NCBI GenBank assembly: GCA_951406725.2
Contig: OX597823.1
Coordinates: forward strand, 37,820,001 to 37,884,000
Origin: Octopus vulgaris
Taxonomy: Eukaryota
Direction: 5' to 3'
Length of the DNA stretch: 64,000 nt
This document shows positions 1 to 14,426 of this stretch, in pieces. A program made the position numbers and the translations under genes. The first letter of the stretch is position 1. Each line of letters begins with the position of its first letter. A model generated the notes under the pieces. The model was not told where the DNA came from. It did not search any database and saw only the letters and a list, made by a program, of their open reading frames with translations.

Positions 1-380
1 CATCCAGCAATAGAAACACTGCCAGATCTGACTGGGCCTGACGAAGCCTTCCAGCTCCACAGACCCCAGTTGACCCGTCCAACCCATGCTAGCATGGAAA
101 GCGGACGCTAAATGATGATGATGATGATGATGATATATTTCAATACATCTCAACGCCTCTAAAAAAAAAAGCAAACTTTGTTTACATATATCGTAATTTC
201 ACATACACACACACACACATGAATCGATAAAAAGAGAAAGAGAGACATACTTATATACTCATACATGCTTGCAAACATGCACACATGCATGCATACACAC
301 ACACACACTCAGAGTTGCTATTACACAGTGTTGCCAGGAGTTGCATTAATAATGAAGATCATCGAGTAAGAATCATCATA

Positions 381-1662
381 CGAGGGACGTTCAATAAGTA
401 ATGGCCCTGACCCACTTGCAGTTGTTTGATCTAAGTGAAACTTTGCATGTGCAATTATTTATATCTCTATAGATTAAGTGGTAAATTACAGCTCTGAACT
501 AATTGTGGTTTCTGATTTACAGGTATTTTAACTGAGTCAAGTGTAAAATGGAGCCAGTTGAGTGTCAAGCAGTGATCCGGTTTTTGTATTTGAAAGGACG
601 CACACCTCGGGAGACTTTTGATGAAATGAAAGTAACTTATGCCCCATCATATGACCTTGTAAAACGCTGGCATCGTGAATTTAAACATGGTCGGAACCCT
701 GTGGAAACAGCTCCCAGATCTGGTCGCCCCCTTCTGCCATTGATGAGGCATCTGTCCGTCAAGTTGAGGCTGCCATTTTGGAAGATCAATGCATAACTAT
801 TCGCCAAATAGCCCATGAGGTCAAGATTAGTACCGGGTCTGTGGAAACTATTATTCATGACCATTTGCATATGCAAAAGGTGTCTGCCAGATGGATTCCC
901 AGGTTGCTCACACCTTTCCAGAAGCAAGAACGCGTCGAGTGCTCGAGGATGAATTTGGAGATGTGCCAAGAAGATGAGTCAAAATTTTTCAGAAGACTGA
1001 TTACACAGGATGAAATCTGGGTCCATCACTATGATCCAGAGACCAAAGCCCAGTCAATTCAGTGGAAGCACCGTGACTCATCTCCTCCAAAGAAGGCAAG
1101 GGTGCAGCCCTCCGCTGGCAAGGTTATGCTCACAGTCTTCTGGGACCAGGACGGAGTAGTGATGACAGATTTCCTGGCAAAGGGTACCACGATTACAGGA
1201 GCCTATTATGCTTCACTTTTGAGGAAATTAAGAGAAGCTATCAAAATCAAGAGGCGGGGCAAGATCAGCAAAGCATCCTCCTCCTGCAGAACAACGCTCC
1301 GATCCACAACTCGCGTGTCGCCAGATCAGAAGCACAGGCATGTGGCTATCAACTCCTCTCCCATCCCCCCTACTCTCCTGACCTTGCACCCTCTGAGTTT
1401 CACCTCTTCCCAGCCATGAAGTTGTTTTTTGAAAGGAAAGTGTTTCCCAGATGATGCAGCCTTGATTTCTGAAGTCACGTCGTGTTGGAGGACCAAACTG
1501 GGGTCTTCTACAAAAACGGTCTCCAGAGCTGCATCAAACAATGAGATAAATGTGTAACTCTGGATGGTTCCTATGTAGAAAAAGACTAATAACTGTGCCA
1601 AGTTTCGTTGCTCTACTGCTATGTGAAGTGGGTCAGGGGCATTACTTATTGAACGCCCCTCG
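381..1662 (+). mobile_element. Full-length mariner (Tc1/mariner) transposon, frameshifted transposase, in an intron of P4HA paralog B
   Basis: TIRs cgagggacgttcaataagtaatg / cattacttattgaacgcccctcg with TA on both sides; ORF pieces 548-796 and 778-1419 give an HTH region, WIPRLL, ITQDEIWVHHY; YSPDLAPSEFHLF lies in another frame; second catalytic D reads as N (QNNA). Confidence 0.93.
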
Positions 1663-1909
1663 TACATATAATAATATACAGCAACTAAATATAACAACTA
1701 TAAATAACATGTATATAACAAGCAAATATATAACAAATATATACAGCAAATTATTTATAACAAATATATACAACAGTTATGTATAGTAAGTATATATAAC
1801 AGCTATTTATAACAAGTATATATAACAGCTATATATGATAACTATATATAACAACCATGTATAGCAAAAATAACAATAATGATTAAACAATAACAAAGTA
1901 AATACAAAC

Positions 1910-1990
1910 GTAAAGTATAACTGTTGCAATTCTATCACCAGAATTTTGAAAAAGTGGAACGTCTTCGAATTTTGCTTTTCTGTAGTAACT
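1910..1990 (-). CDS. P4HA: P4HA-like paralog B exon SYYRKAKFEDVPLFQNSGDRIATVILY (last B exon in window)
   Basis: tttctacag acceptor, GTTTGT donor, 81 nt, same length and phase as paralog A exon 39707-39787; GDRIAT motif of the 2OG-Fe(II) domain. Confidence 0.88.
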
Positions 1991-3438
1991 CTGTAGAAAA
2001 AAACAGATCAAAGAAAAATATTTGTTGAAGTTAAGGAATTAATATATTAACCCTTTAGTATTCAGATTATACTATCAAATGTTTTGAATTAATCACACTT
2101 TATCTTGTAGCTTCAAGATTTCATTGGTGTGATTGTTTCTTTTTACAATGACATTGTAAGGTAGGTGAGAGAGCCTGGATCTGACCAGTGTGAACATAAA
2201 ATAGGTAGAATATTTTGGCCGGATATGGCTTTACAGAGAGTACTGAGTACTTAAGGGCTGAATCATAGAAGAGCTATTTTAGTCATTGAAAAATACATCA
2301 GGTCTCTGTGGAATTGTACCAGTGATAAGGTCACCATAGTGCAATGGAAATTTTGTCAGCTCAAGAAATAAATGAAAGAAAAAAATTAATAATTTTTATA
2401 TGTCATTAGTTGGTTACAATGGTTCTTCCATAATGTAACTGTAGACATTCTCAGAACAAGTTATTTTCTTGAAAATAAGTACAACTGCTGAATTATTCAA
2501 ATCATTTCTTAACTTCATATTTCTTAGAACACAATACAATGTTTAGAATTAATTATAAAATTCAAAACAAAGAAGTCAAAAGGCTGATCACCATCATCAT
2601 CAGCAGCAGTAGTATTTAATGTCCATCTCCCATGCTGGCATGGGTTGGACAGTGGCTAGGCAAGCTGGAGAACTGCATCAGGTTCCATTGTCTGCTGTGG
2701 TTATCTACAACTAGATGCTCTTCCTAACACCAACCACTTTACAGTGTATATTGGGTGCTTTTTATGTGGCACCAACATTAGGACATTTTAAGTGACACCA
2801 CTTGTGGGGTTACCAAGTAACTTGTGAAATAATGACTTCTCAACTGGGAGAGGGAGTGGAGGCAAAGGCTTTTGATTTTTTAACTTGATAGGTATCTTTC
2901 ATCTTTCTTTCCTAGATAGAGAAATTTAAGTGAATTGCTTGAATATAGAATTCCCATGCACATACAAGTTGAAAGCATTGAATCCTTCAATCTGGTATCT
3001 TTGGGTGTCGTGACCAGGTATTTAACTGGCAATTCCTCTCAACCATGGATTTATTTCAAGTGGAGCTGACTGAAGATAGAGAATGACAAAGCAACAGTAG
3101 CAACAATAATTTCTAAATGACTGTACACTAATAGAAATATAGAAAATAGTTTAGTCATTTTGAATTAGAATTCCACTTTGATTCAGTTGTTCACTGCTAG
3201 GAAGAATTATACAGGAAACAAATAGCTCAGATGCAATATATCAATCTAGATGTTGGACTAACTGGTACAATGGTTCAATTTCAATTCTTCAGTCTAGAAT
3301 TGTCTCAGAATAAGAGAACTTTAATTGATCTAGAATACTTTTAGAAGTTGGGAGAGCAGAAAATATTGCATTTGGCCACAAAACTCTCATGCTTCAGTAA
3401 AATCGTTAATTAAATAAGTATAATTGCTATTAAATTAA

Positions 3439-3660
3439 CCCTTTTGCTACAATATTTCTGCTGAAATACACTACCTTTGTTTCAATAGATTTTGACAATG
3501 ATGAAGAATTTACTAAAATAACTTTGTCATCATTAACTGGTGTTTAAAACATAAATTAACATGAAGTTTTAAAGGAAGATTTTAATTTAGATCACTTTTA
3601 AAACATAGAGTCTGTTCCTTAAAACCAAAGTATATTTTGGGTAATTTGGTATCAGAAGGG
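3439..3660. mobile_element. piggyBac-like MITE
   Basis: TTAA on both sides; imperfect TIRs cccttttgctac / gtatcagaaggg; no ORF. Confidence 0.65.
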
Positions 3661-3946
3661 TTAAAGTAAGAAATTTTAGGATTTCTTCACATTAAAATGA
3701 GAATATGATAAACATTTATTTATTCTGTGCACAATTGTAGTACATTTTAATTACTTGCCATCTAGGGGTCAGGGGTAATCAACCAGTACAATTAATTTTA
3801 GGAAATAGAAGAACGGGCTTTGAGGCATTCTTGGTGTTTTTTCCTCAAAGACATCAGTGGAATAAGTAAAATAGTAGTAATTAGGAATTGAACCATAATG
3901 CTAGCGACTTGCCAGGGCTCAACTTCTTTCACCATGAACCTTAATA

Positions 3947-4777
3947 CGAGGGGTACCCAAAAGTAACCGGAAACATTCTCTGTGGAACAAACTCGTAGTT
4001 CAGGTTTCTGCCACTAGAAATCACTTGATGTAACCCTCAGGCATCAGTATACCAACTAGCAGTGTTGAATATAGTTGTACTGCCACATGGTGCATCTTTG
4101 CTTTGCAGTGCTTCTCCCCAGTTCATCAGTTTTTGTGATGGTTTCCACAAAATTCTGTTTTCTGTTGGGAAAAATGGCAACCAAAACATAAGTTTACAAG
4201 TGGTATCTATGTTTTAGGAATGGTCACTTGTCACTCGAAGATCAATCTTGTTCAGGATAACTATCAACCTCCAAGATAAATGGAAAATATGAAAGTTCAT
4301 GAACTGATCTTGGAGGACCATCTCCAAACAATTGACAAACTTGTTGATATAACTAGTGTAACCTGGAGCTCCTGAAAACGAATTTTGAGCAAGGAATTGC
4401 GAATGAAAAGAGTTGCAGCAAAATTTGTGCCTCATTTGCTCATGGAAGATCAAAAGCAGTCATGACTGAATGCATGTTGTGAACTGAAAGAACAGTTGGA
4501 AGTTGATCTGGACCTTTTTTCGAAGGTCATCACTGGTGGCGAAAGCCGATGCTATGGAATTTGCAGATGTGGAAGAGGTGAAGAAAAAAACGATGGAGTC
4601 ATTGAAAGGCATCCCTTTACAAGAGTTCCAGTACTTCTTCAAACAGTGGAAACTGTGTCTGAGCCAATGCATTGCTTCAAATGGAGAATACTTCAAAGGC
4701 AATAAAAGTGTAAACATATAAAACTAAGTGAATAAAATAATATTGCAAATTTCTGGTTCCTTTTGGGTACCCTCTTG
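3947..4777 (+). mobile_element. Internally deleted non-autonomous mariner
   Basis: TIRs cgaggggtacccaaaag / cttttgggtaccctcttg with flanking TA; transposase remnants (AKFVPHLL, ITGGES, FADVEEVK, CIASNGEYF). Confidence 0.8.
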
Positions 4778-5793
4778 TATATCTTCACATAACAGGCATT
4801 AAATGTTTCCTGCCTGAGAATTCTGTTCAATAAGGTTGCTTTCTTGCACATAAAAAATTTCCAAATCGTCATGTTCTACATTAAATACCTGACTTCATTT
4901 TTATCTATTGATCCCCAAATGACCTCAGTATATACAGGAAACATTCTGTTTCCACTTACACAATAAAACCTAGCAACAATATATATCTATATCTATATAT
5001 AAAGTGGACTACCAGCTGTAAACACCATAGCTCCAAAATAACAAATGGGGTAAGAGGACCAGTATTTGTCTGCATCATCATCATCATCAGCAGCAGCAGC
5101 CTCATTTAATGCCTGTGTTCCATACTGGCATGGGTTAGATGGTTTGACAGCATCTGGTGGATTCAAGGACTGCATTGTGCTCCAGTATTTGCTTTGATAT
5201 GGTTTCTATGGCTGGCTGCCTTTCATAATACCAGTAATTTTACAGCATGTACTACATGCTTATTTCATGGTACTAGCACTAGTGATGTCGCCCTGCAACT
5301 TGCATGACTTGGAAATCCAAGAAGGAGTGGGTCAGCTTTATGTGAGGAGATGAGGGGTTAAAGTATGAGAGAAGGGAGAAGGAGTCGAGGAAGTTCTTGT
5401 TGTTGAAGAGCAACATGGTTACTCATATTTAGAAGAGGAGTGAGAACAATCAGACAGAGCTGGAAGTCCAAGAGGTTCCTCAAGGTACAAAGTGCGTACA
5501 AGTGTGTGGGAACAGAGGAATTGACAGTGTGGGTCAGTGTGTTGGTGTTTGCAAGTGTGTATGGGGGAGCAAGAGATAGGGAAATGAGAGGTAGGTAACA
5601 ACATACATATAACATATACAGACAAATGTATATACTTCTTAGTATATACATTACAAACAGTACAATAGACATTACAGACGTTATAATATCAGTAATATAA
5701 TACACAAACAACAGCAAGAATTATATTTGTATATGATGCATTATGATGACAGTAGCAAAAATAGCAAGAATTGGAGAATAAGATTCTACTTAC

Positions 5794-5844
5794 CACATAA
5801 TCATGGTGTGGTAGATGGAGGCCACCAATGCCATAGTTTATCAC
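5794..5844 (-). CDS. P4HA: P4HA-like paralog B exon VINYGIGGLHLPHHDYV (intact HxD iron ligands)
   Basis: atcctcag acceptor, GTAAGT donor, 51 nt, phase 0-0; matches canonical VANYGxGGxYxPHxD. Confidence 0.92.
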
Positions 5845-6459
5845 CTGAGGATGAAGGGGTATAAGATGACAGATAGGTAAGAGGAGGAAGATGAAGAAGT
5901 GGAGAAGTTATGATAATAGTAATGATTTTATTTATTTATACAACTAAGTGCAAATGTGTTGAGAGAAAAGTTAGGCATTAGAGGAATCAGATGATGCATG
6001 CAAGAGAGAAGACTACAATGGTTTGGACATGTGTGATGTGCATAAATGAGAACAGCGTATAAAGAAGTGCCAATTGCTTAAAGTGGAGGGAACCTGTAGA
6101 AGAGGGAGACCCAAGAAGACATGGGTTAATGTAGCGAGGGCTAATCTTAAGATACTGAGCATCATGGAGGAGATGACAATAGACTCAGATGTCTGACAAT
6201 ATAAGGTTCTCGAGAAGCCCTGTGCACCTCAGTCCACTCTGTAAGGTGGTTGATGTTAGGAAGGGTATCCAACCATGGAAAGCATACCATAGCTGATAGT
6301 AGAGCCTGGTGCAGTCCCTTGGCTTGCCAGCCCCTGTCAAGCCATTCAACCCATACTAGCATGGAAAACAGACATTAAATGGTGAAGCTGATGATGATGA
6401 TGATGACAATGATGATGAAGATGATAACAATGATGCTGATGCTGATGAAGATGAAGATA

Positions 6460-6506
<47 letters not shown>

Positions 6507-6952
6507 TGATTTTATTTACCAACACAGTGACTCTGACATTGAAGTATTGAATCAATGGTTTGTGTCCCTGAACAAGGAATACCATGCTTGTTGTGTGAAT
6601 TAACCTGAGGGATTACTTCACCAACACCACCACCACCAACAACACCAACACCACCACCACCACCTCCACCACCACCACCACTATTACCAAAATCATCACA
6701 ACCAACAAAAACAAATCATCATCCTCATCTTTGTTGTTGTCATCTTCATCGTCATCATAATCATCAGTCATCATCCTCATCGTTGCTGTGATTATCATCA
6801 TCGTCGTCATCGTCATTGTCTTTGTCATCGTCATCATCATCATCATTATCATTATTGGTAGCAGTAACGAAACCAACATCAGCTGCTTCAATATCCATAT
6901 AATCAAACTATCATTGAGACTCAACACACTTTTTCCTCCTCGCCCTCCCCTC

Positions 6953-7049
<97 letters not shown>

Positions 7050-7143
7050 ACAGATGCAACAGCAGCAACGTTTTCTTTCCTAACATCATTAAGTAACATA
7101 ATATTCATTAGTATTCATAGTTAGTAAGTGTGAAAGACATGTA

Positions 7144-7655
7144 CCGTAAATCCTCGAGCATAATCCGCACTTTTTTCCCAAAATTTAAAGGTCAAAATCC
7201 CTAGTGCGTACTATATACGAGGTTAAAAATGAAAATTATTTTCTAAGCAGTGCCCGAGGCTCTATTTGCTGTCCAGCAATGTTTATTCAGAAGCATTTTG
7301 TGATGTCGGGCGCGAAAATACCTTAAGCTAAACCTGAAAGCAATGAAGTCATAAAAGAATCATCCATAACTTGCAGTAAGCAACATTTATTAAACGCTAT
7401 TACTGTTATTTCTTTATTTTCTGCAAACAAAATGCACAAAAAAGCTACACGTTTGCATTATGTTATATATACAATAATAATAAAGGACGTTACCAGATAC
7501 AGTTTTACAAATGAAGAACGTTATATAGACCTCCTTGACTCAAGTTAGAGAAGGGGGTGCGTATAATAATCAAGGTTTAAGTTTTTCAGAGTTACAGCCC
7601 CTAAAAATCCCCTGCGTATTATACTCAAGGGTGGACTATACTCAAGGATTTACGG
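7144..7655. mobile_element. pogo/Tc2-like MITE
   Basis: TIRs ccgtaaatcctcgagcataatcc / ggactatactcaaggatttacgg, flanked by TA. Confidence 0.75.
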
Positions 7656-7768
7656 TAAATACTTCACAAATATTAAGAAACAAACCCCTTTCTTTTGTAT
7701 TTGTTAATTTTATTATTTATTATTGTGTGTGTGTGTGTGTGTGAACAAGTATGTGCACCTATTCTTAC

Positions 7769-7883
7769 CTGAAATAACTCGCTGTTGGTGTCTTTAAGTT
7801 TGAAATCAGTCTGCAATCCTGTAATCAGTTTGATCCGTCGACACAAGACTTCACTCATTTTATCTTCAGCTGGAAGCCATGTG
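7769..7883 (-). CDS. P4HA: P4HA-like paralog B exon (S)TWLPAEDKMSEVLCRRIKLITGLQTDFKLKDTNSELFQ
   Basis: catccag acceptor, CAG|GTAAGA donor, 115 nt, phase 2-0; WL...RRI..ITGL...E.LQ motif. Confidence 0.92.
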
Positions 7884-8820
7884 CTGGATGATGACACAGT
7901 GATTGAAAAGGAAAAACAGAAACAAAGAATTTCAAGATTCCATAATCTTGTTAGTGGTATAGTGAATAAGAACAGTATTACCATTCCTTTTGAAATAAAA
8001 CTTTTCAAGATGAATTCAATGCTCTTGTTATCATGATATTCCAGAGATACACAACATATACACACACACACACACAATATATATACATATATATGACGGG
8101 CTTCTTTCAGTTTCTGTCTACCAAATCTACTCACAAGGCTTTGGTCGGCCCGAGGCTATAGTACAAGACACTTGCCCAAGATGCCACACAGTGGGACTGA
8201 ACCCAGAACCATGTGGTTCATATGCAAGTTACTTACCACACAGCCACTCCTACGCCTATATACACATATACATATAAATAAATTATCATCATTTAACGTC
8301 CGCTTTTCATGCTTGCATGGGTTTGACAATTTGACTGAGGACTGGTGAGCCAGAAGGCTGCACCAGCCTCAATCTGATCTGGCAAAGTTTCTACAGGTGG
8401 ATGCCCTTCCTAACACCAACCACTCTGAGAGTGTAGTGGATGTTTTTATGTGCCACCAGCATGAGGGCCAGTCAGGCGGTTCTGGCAACGACCACGCTCA
8501 AAAGTTGCTTTTTACGTGCTACCTGCATGGAAGCCAGTCTGGCAGCACTGGCAACAACGACACTCGAATGTTGTTTTTCACGTACCACTGGCATATGTAC
8601 TGGTAAGGCAATGCTGGCAATGATCACACTCAAATGGTGCTTTTTATATGCCACTGGTATGGGAGCCAATCCATGGCCCTGGCAAAGATCATGCTCAGAT
8701 GTGCTTTTAACGTTCCACTGGCATGAGTGCCAATCAAGCAGTAGTGTCATCGGCCACGTCGGTGATTTTGATTTTGATTTCACTTGCCTCAATAGGTCTT
8801 ATATGTATGTATGTATGTAT

Positions 8821-8860
<40 letters not shown>

Positions 8861-8928
8861 GTGTGCATGTGTTAAAGATGATTTTTCCTATTAAGAATGC
8901 TGTCAATAACATTCCAGATTTATCTTAC

Positions 8929-8999
8929 CTTTGGCTGATCCTAGCATTACTTTTAGTTGTTCCTTTGGAGTCCTTGCTTCCAACATCTGACCGTGTCAG
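8929..8999 (-). CDS. P4HA: P4HA-like paralog B exon LTRSDVGSKDSKGTTKSNARISQ(S)
   Basis: ttgcag acceptor, AG|GTAAGA donor, 71 nt, phase 0-2; conserved RIS motif. Confidence 0.88.
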
Positions 9000-11900
9000 C
9001 TGCAATATATATATGCAAACTAATTTTTTTTTTAAAAATAATTTTTTTTTTTTTGTAATTGAGTGTTGGTTATGAGAGTGGTTGTTGTTGCTGTGGTGGT
9101 GGTGGTTGTGGGGATTATCTTGAAGGTAATATGTGAAGTAGTGGTGCTTATTTAAGATTATAGTGATATTTGATGGTGGTGATGGTAGGATGAATAGTGA
9201 TTAATATTTAAATGTCTGTAGTGAAGGATGTTGTGATAGTGGTGGTTGTGGTTGTGATGATGGTAGTGGCGGATGTTATGATGGTGATAATTGTTGAAAT
9301 GATAGTGCTTGTTGTGATGAAGATGATTGTGGTAGTGGTGATGGTGATGATAGTGGTTGTGGTTATGGTGGTAATAGTTGTGAGTGTAGTGGTGGTAGTA
9401 GTTGTTATGATAGTGATTATTGTGATGGTAGTGTTTGTGGTAATGATAGTGGTTTTGTGATGGTAGTAGCTGTGGTGATAGTAGTCATTGTTGTTTTGGT
9501 GGTTGTGATGGTGTTAACTGTTGTTGTTGTGCTGATGGTAGTAGTTTTCTTATACTTAAATTTAAAAAAATGGTAAAGTTTCTATTCAAAGGAGACCATA
9601 TGGCATGAATCAATCACTACAGGGTAATATACAGAGAAGTCAGTGTTTCCAATCTTTGAATACCATTTTGTGTCTAAGAACCCAACATTTAACACTCAAC
9701 AACTGATTCAACTTTACTCAAATTCCAGGACATAGCTCATTTTTGTAAACATAATCCTCATCATTGTTCGACCGTGGTTGAGACAATGGAATTTACTATG
9801 TTACGCCAGACTTCACGGTCCATCATAGCATTACAGAGGTCCTGTTGCTGGATGCCTGTATCCCTGGAGATTACATCAGGGTAGGAGAGTGTGTGCCCTC
9901 TGGTATCACGAGCAGATGGCTTCCAGAGGAGAAGAGTAGAATTTACCTAGTTTTCAGCTCTACAACAATGTCCATCAAACTGGACTCTTCTACCTTTCAC
10001 AACATTCTGGAACTATTCATTATTATGTTGGCTGAAAGTGGTTGGCTCAGTTCCTGTGTAACAAAACAACATCATCATTATTATCATCGTTTAACATCCA
10101 GTTTCCATACTGGTATGGATTTGACTGTTTGACAGGAGTTGGCCAGCTGGAGAATTGCCTGGGCTCATTTGTCTGTTTTGATTTCAAAATGTTGATGATA
10201 CTACTATAACTGTCATATAGGCAGTGAGCTGACAGAAACATTAGCACGCCGGGTGAAATGTGTAGCCGTATTTCGTCTGTCGTTACTTTCTGAGTTCAAA
10301 TTCTGCCGAGGTCAACTTTGCCTTTCATCCTTTTGGTTAACATCCATTTTCCATGCTGGTATGGATTTGACTGTTTGACAGGAGCTGGCCAGCTGGAGAA
10401 TTGCCTGGGCTCCATTTGTCTGTTTTGGCATGGTTTCCCTTAATGCCCTTCCTAATGCCAATCACTTTACAGAGTGGGCTGGGTGCTCTTTACATAGCTT
10501 CAGCATGGATGCTTTTCAATGTGGTGCTGGCACGAATGCATTTTAAGTGGTGCCAGCTCAAGTGCTTTGCATGTGGTGCTGGCACAAATGCTTTGTACAT
10601 AGTGCCAGCATGAGTGAAATTTATGTGGCACCAGTACGAGACTGATTTAAATGGTCACCTTGTCTCTATTTGATTTTTGTTAAGCATTCATCATCATCAT
10701 CGTTTAACGTCCACTTTCCATGCTAGCATGGGTTGGACGGTTCAACTGGGGTCTGGCAAGCTCGAAGGCTGCACCAGGCCAGTCAGATCTGGCAGTGTTT
10801 CTACAGCTGGATGCCCTTCCTAATGCCAACCACTCCGAGATAATAATATTTGCTTCTCTGCAATACATGAATAATTTTGATTGATTTAAGTGATTGTGCT
10901 CATTACATGAGCTGTGCTTGGACTTCATTATCAAGGACTTTGTTATCAGATCAAAGCTATGGAAACTGGAGATAACTACATTTCAGCCTCAATAATCTAA
11001 ACATTAATTATCTATATTTCAGATTACCCAAACAAGATTTCAAAGTTTGTGAATAATCTAATTCACCATAACGCAAACTCAAGAATAATACTGGTGCTAT
11101 CATATCGTATTTTGTTTACAATAATTAAAGTGAATTTGAATTACTGATGAACATGTAAAAATGTAGCACCAAAGGGGTATTACAGACACTATTGCAACAA
11201 TTATCAAAAGTACCTTATGTCTGTTGGTTTTCTTGGTCATCTTATTTGGGTTCCGTTGGTCACTTACAACAGTGTTAAAAAAAATATAAACATGCAAAGC
11301 AGTGACAATATACAAACTTAAGATTAATTCAAATATCTTTAGAGATATTTGAATTCATTACAGGTTTCTCACTGCAGTTAGTCATGAAGAAAAAATTCTC
11401 ACTTAAGACAAAAAAAAAAAAATGTCGGTTCACATCACTCTCTATTGGACGGAAGGATGTGTTTTTATCTTAGGTGAGAAATTTTCCCCTGCAACAACAT
11501 GCAGTGAAAAGCCTTTTCAGATTTAAATATTTTTCTAATATACTTGAACTGATCATAAAACATTGGAACCATGTTAACTTGTTTTTGATAGTAAGAGTAC
11601 TTTATGGAATAGTGGATAGGGATAAAAATATGTTTGAGTTATTATTTGTCTATCTTTTATCCTTTATCTTTTACTTGTTTCAGCCATTAGACTGCGGCCA
11701 TGCTGGGGCACTACCTTGAAGAATTTTTAGTCAAATGAATCAACCCCAGTACCTTTTTTTTTAAACCTGGTACTTATTCTATCAACCTCTTATGCTGATT
11801 GCTAAGTTACAGGGACATAAACACACTGATACCAATTATCAGGAAGTGAAGGGGGACAAACACAGACATAAAGACACACACCCATAGATTTACATATATA

Positions 11901-12442
11901 TATATCGGGCTTCTTTCAGTTTTTGTCTACCAAATTTACTCACAAGACTTTGGTTGGCCAAAGACTATAGGAGAAGACACTTGCCTAAGGTGCCACATAG
12001 TAGGACTGATCCCAGAACCATGTGGTTGGGAAGCAAACTTCTTACCACAGTCACACATGTGCCTACATAACTTGGGCATGCTGATTTCAGCCAATTTTAA
12101 CAAATTAATTATTGGTATGTTGGTATACAAAAGCTTAATCAGTGCAGTAATTATGTTCAGTCTGGCTTCTTTGTCTATGTTCATATCAATTATCTGAAGA
12201 ATTATTTATTTAAACAAAATATTTCTCTTTTGTTTTATGTAGATACTCAAGATCTAAATGTATAGGATTTATAAGAGTCTTGACTTTCAGAAAAAGGTAA
12301 GTGTTACATGTATTTTAAGACAGACGATAGATAGAGCATTGTAGATATAAACTCTTAAACATTTCCTAGTTTTTATTTTCTATAAAAATCCTGTAAAAAT
12401 GGTTTAACTTATAAAAAAATGAATGTACACAATAGTATTTAC

Positions 12443-12604
12443 CTTGCGAACTGTTGTATTCTTTATAGAAGACATTTCTGAATCTGTGACGACATCATGA
12501 TAGAGAACCACCAGAGGGTCATAGTGTAGTATTTCTCGTTTGAAATTCAAATAAGGTACAAGTCTCTCATGGAATGAGCAGACAACATTGTTGGAGATTT
12601 GTGG
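12443..12604 (-). CDS. P4HA: P4HA-like paralog B exon PQISNNVVCSFHERLVPYLNFKREILHYDPLVVLYHDVVTDSEMSSIKNTTVRK
   Basis: AAG|GTAAAT donor; E....DP.VVLYHDV.TD.E motif aligns without gaps to paralog A exon 48113-48277; acceptor is a weak A-rich AAG. Confidence 0.82.
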
Positions 12605-13042
12605 CTTTTTTCATTTTTTTTTGTAGAAAATGTTTAAAAAATAAAAACAAATACAAATAAGAAACAATGTGTACCTGTGTATATATGAAGGTATGTATGC
12701 ATTTTTGATGTACATGCATGATTGTGTGTGTGTGTATAAAAATATACACACATAAACATATATGTGGTTGTATTTACATGCAACTGCTAGGATGACATTT
12801 CTGAATCTGTGACGACATCATGATAGAGAACCACCAGAGGGTCATAGTGTAATATTTCTTGTTTGAAATTCAAATAAGGTACAAGTCTCTCATGGAATGA
12901 GCAGACAACATTGTTGGAGATTTGTGGCTTTTTTCATTTTTTTTTGTAGAAAATGTTTAAAAAATAAAAACAAATACAAATAAGAAACAATGTGTACCTG
13001 TGTATATATGAAGGTATGTATGCATTTTTGATGTACATGCAT

Positions 13043-13077
<35 letters not shown>

Positions 13078-13132
13078 AAAATATACACACATAAACATAT
13101 ATATGGTTGTATTTACATGCAACTGCTAGGAT
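12471..13132. repeat. Near-identical tandem duplication (12471-12793 / 12794-13132) containing the acceptor and most of the exon
   Basis: Both copies run gacatttctgaatc...caactgctaggat; they differ by a few substitutions and TG-repeat length. Confidence 0.92.
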
Positions 13133-14343
13133 GATTTTTCATTATCCAATAATATATTTAAATGAATTCTAGTTTCTAACTTTTGAAGGCTCAACATCTT
13201 ATTAAATATTTTTCTGTAAAACAACAATTTGTTTTAGAAAAATTTAAAATTTGAGCATTTTGGTGAACCCTTTTTCTGTAAAACAGGAAATTTTTTCCAT
13301 TTAAATTTCTTGTTTTTTAAGATTACAGTATATAATTTATTATTTAGATCATCGTTCAAGTACCATTGCCATCGTTAGCCCAATTTTTTGTTCACCTCCA
13401 TACTACATTGAGGTGATTGTTGGTTTTTATTGGGGGAAAAGGTCACCACTGATTTTTAATTTATATTTTATAATGTACAGACAACATATCTGATTATTTA
13501 GCCTCAGATTACTCCTGAGCAAGCAGACCTATGATCAAAGATGTTTCAGCTTGACCAGCCATTCTGTATTTCTGATACAGTATGTCTAGAAATACATCAT
13601 CAAATGTATCTTTTCTAAGAGACAATAGGTAGAGATTTGAGGACAATCTGGCTGCTATTTCTAACAGGTTGAGTGATCATGCTGTCTCACATAATAACAC
13701 CTGTACCTCCTTCAGTTCATGCTATTTGGGTTACCCCTGAGCTCAGCGAAAAGGAAGAAAAGTACTAATTTAATGAATTAACAAGAATTCGGACAGTGTT
13801 AATTAAATTTGCCCTGGCAATGATTACCGGAAAGAAGAGACAAGACATAACCAGAGAGAAGTCATGACCCGGTGGATGGTTTAACTTCTCTAGTGTTGTG
13901 AGATAGAGAGGAAAAGGTAGAGTAGACAGGAAAGAAAGGGTAGGAGGAAGAGTGTAAAAGAGACAGCTGAACGAAATGTGAATATGAAGAGGTTCTTGAG
14001 AAGATAATGTTTAAAAAATTTTATCATTATTATAATTATAATTATTAATTATTATGTTATAAAACTTATATGAAAATAAAGGTTATAATATAATGAATAT
14101 TTTAACATAAAGTATATGCAATTTTAAACAAGTTTAAGAAATGGAAATTAAAAAATTTTTAAAAATGATATTTCTAATGCACGGCAAGGTTATGGAATTA
14201 CAGTCAAGGCCTGATTGAGCTTGACTCAACATTTTGCTGGGTCAAGCACGTTTAGTGCTTGACCAATATTGTATTTTTAAACACAGCCTGTCCATAAGAG
14301 ATTTTAACTTCAGACTAAAATTGCAGTAACTTGCCTGCCAACA

Positions 14344-14377
<34 letters not shown>

Positions 14378-14426
14378 TAACAATAAAGATGACAATGACT
14401 TTTGCATGTCTGTTAACTTTAAGTAC

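Noticed and set aside
2960-3070. Good minus-strand acceptor (ctatcttcag) as a possible paralog B exon
   Set aside because: Stops in all three frames, and exons 5794-5844 and 1910-1990 already join in phase as in paralog A
4993-5060. FGAMVFT resembling the GGATVF motif
   Set aside because: Wrong order relative to the GDRIAT exon and no supporting splice sites
6346-7108. Poly-His/Met/Ile/Asp ORFs on both strands
   Set aside because: Translations of (GAT)n, (CAT)n, (CAC)n and (CAG)n microsatellites in an intron; no independent coding signal
10090-10428. ~88 bp direct duplication around a truncated SINE head
   Set aside because: Both units are pieces of a very common repeat tail; no evidence of function
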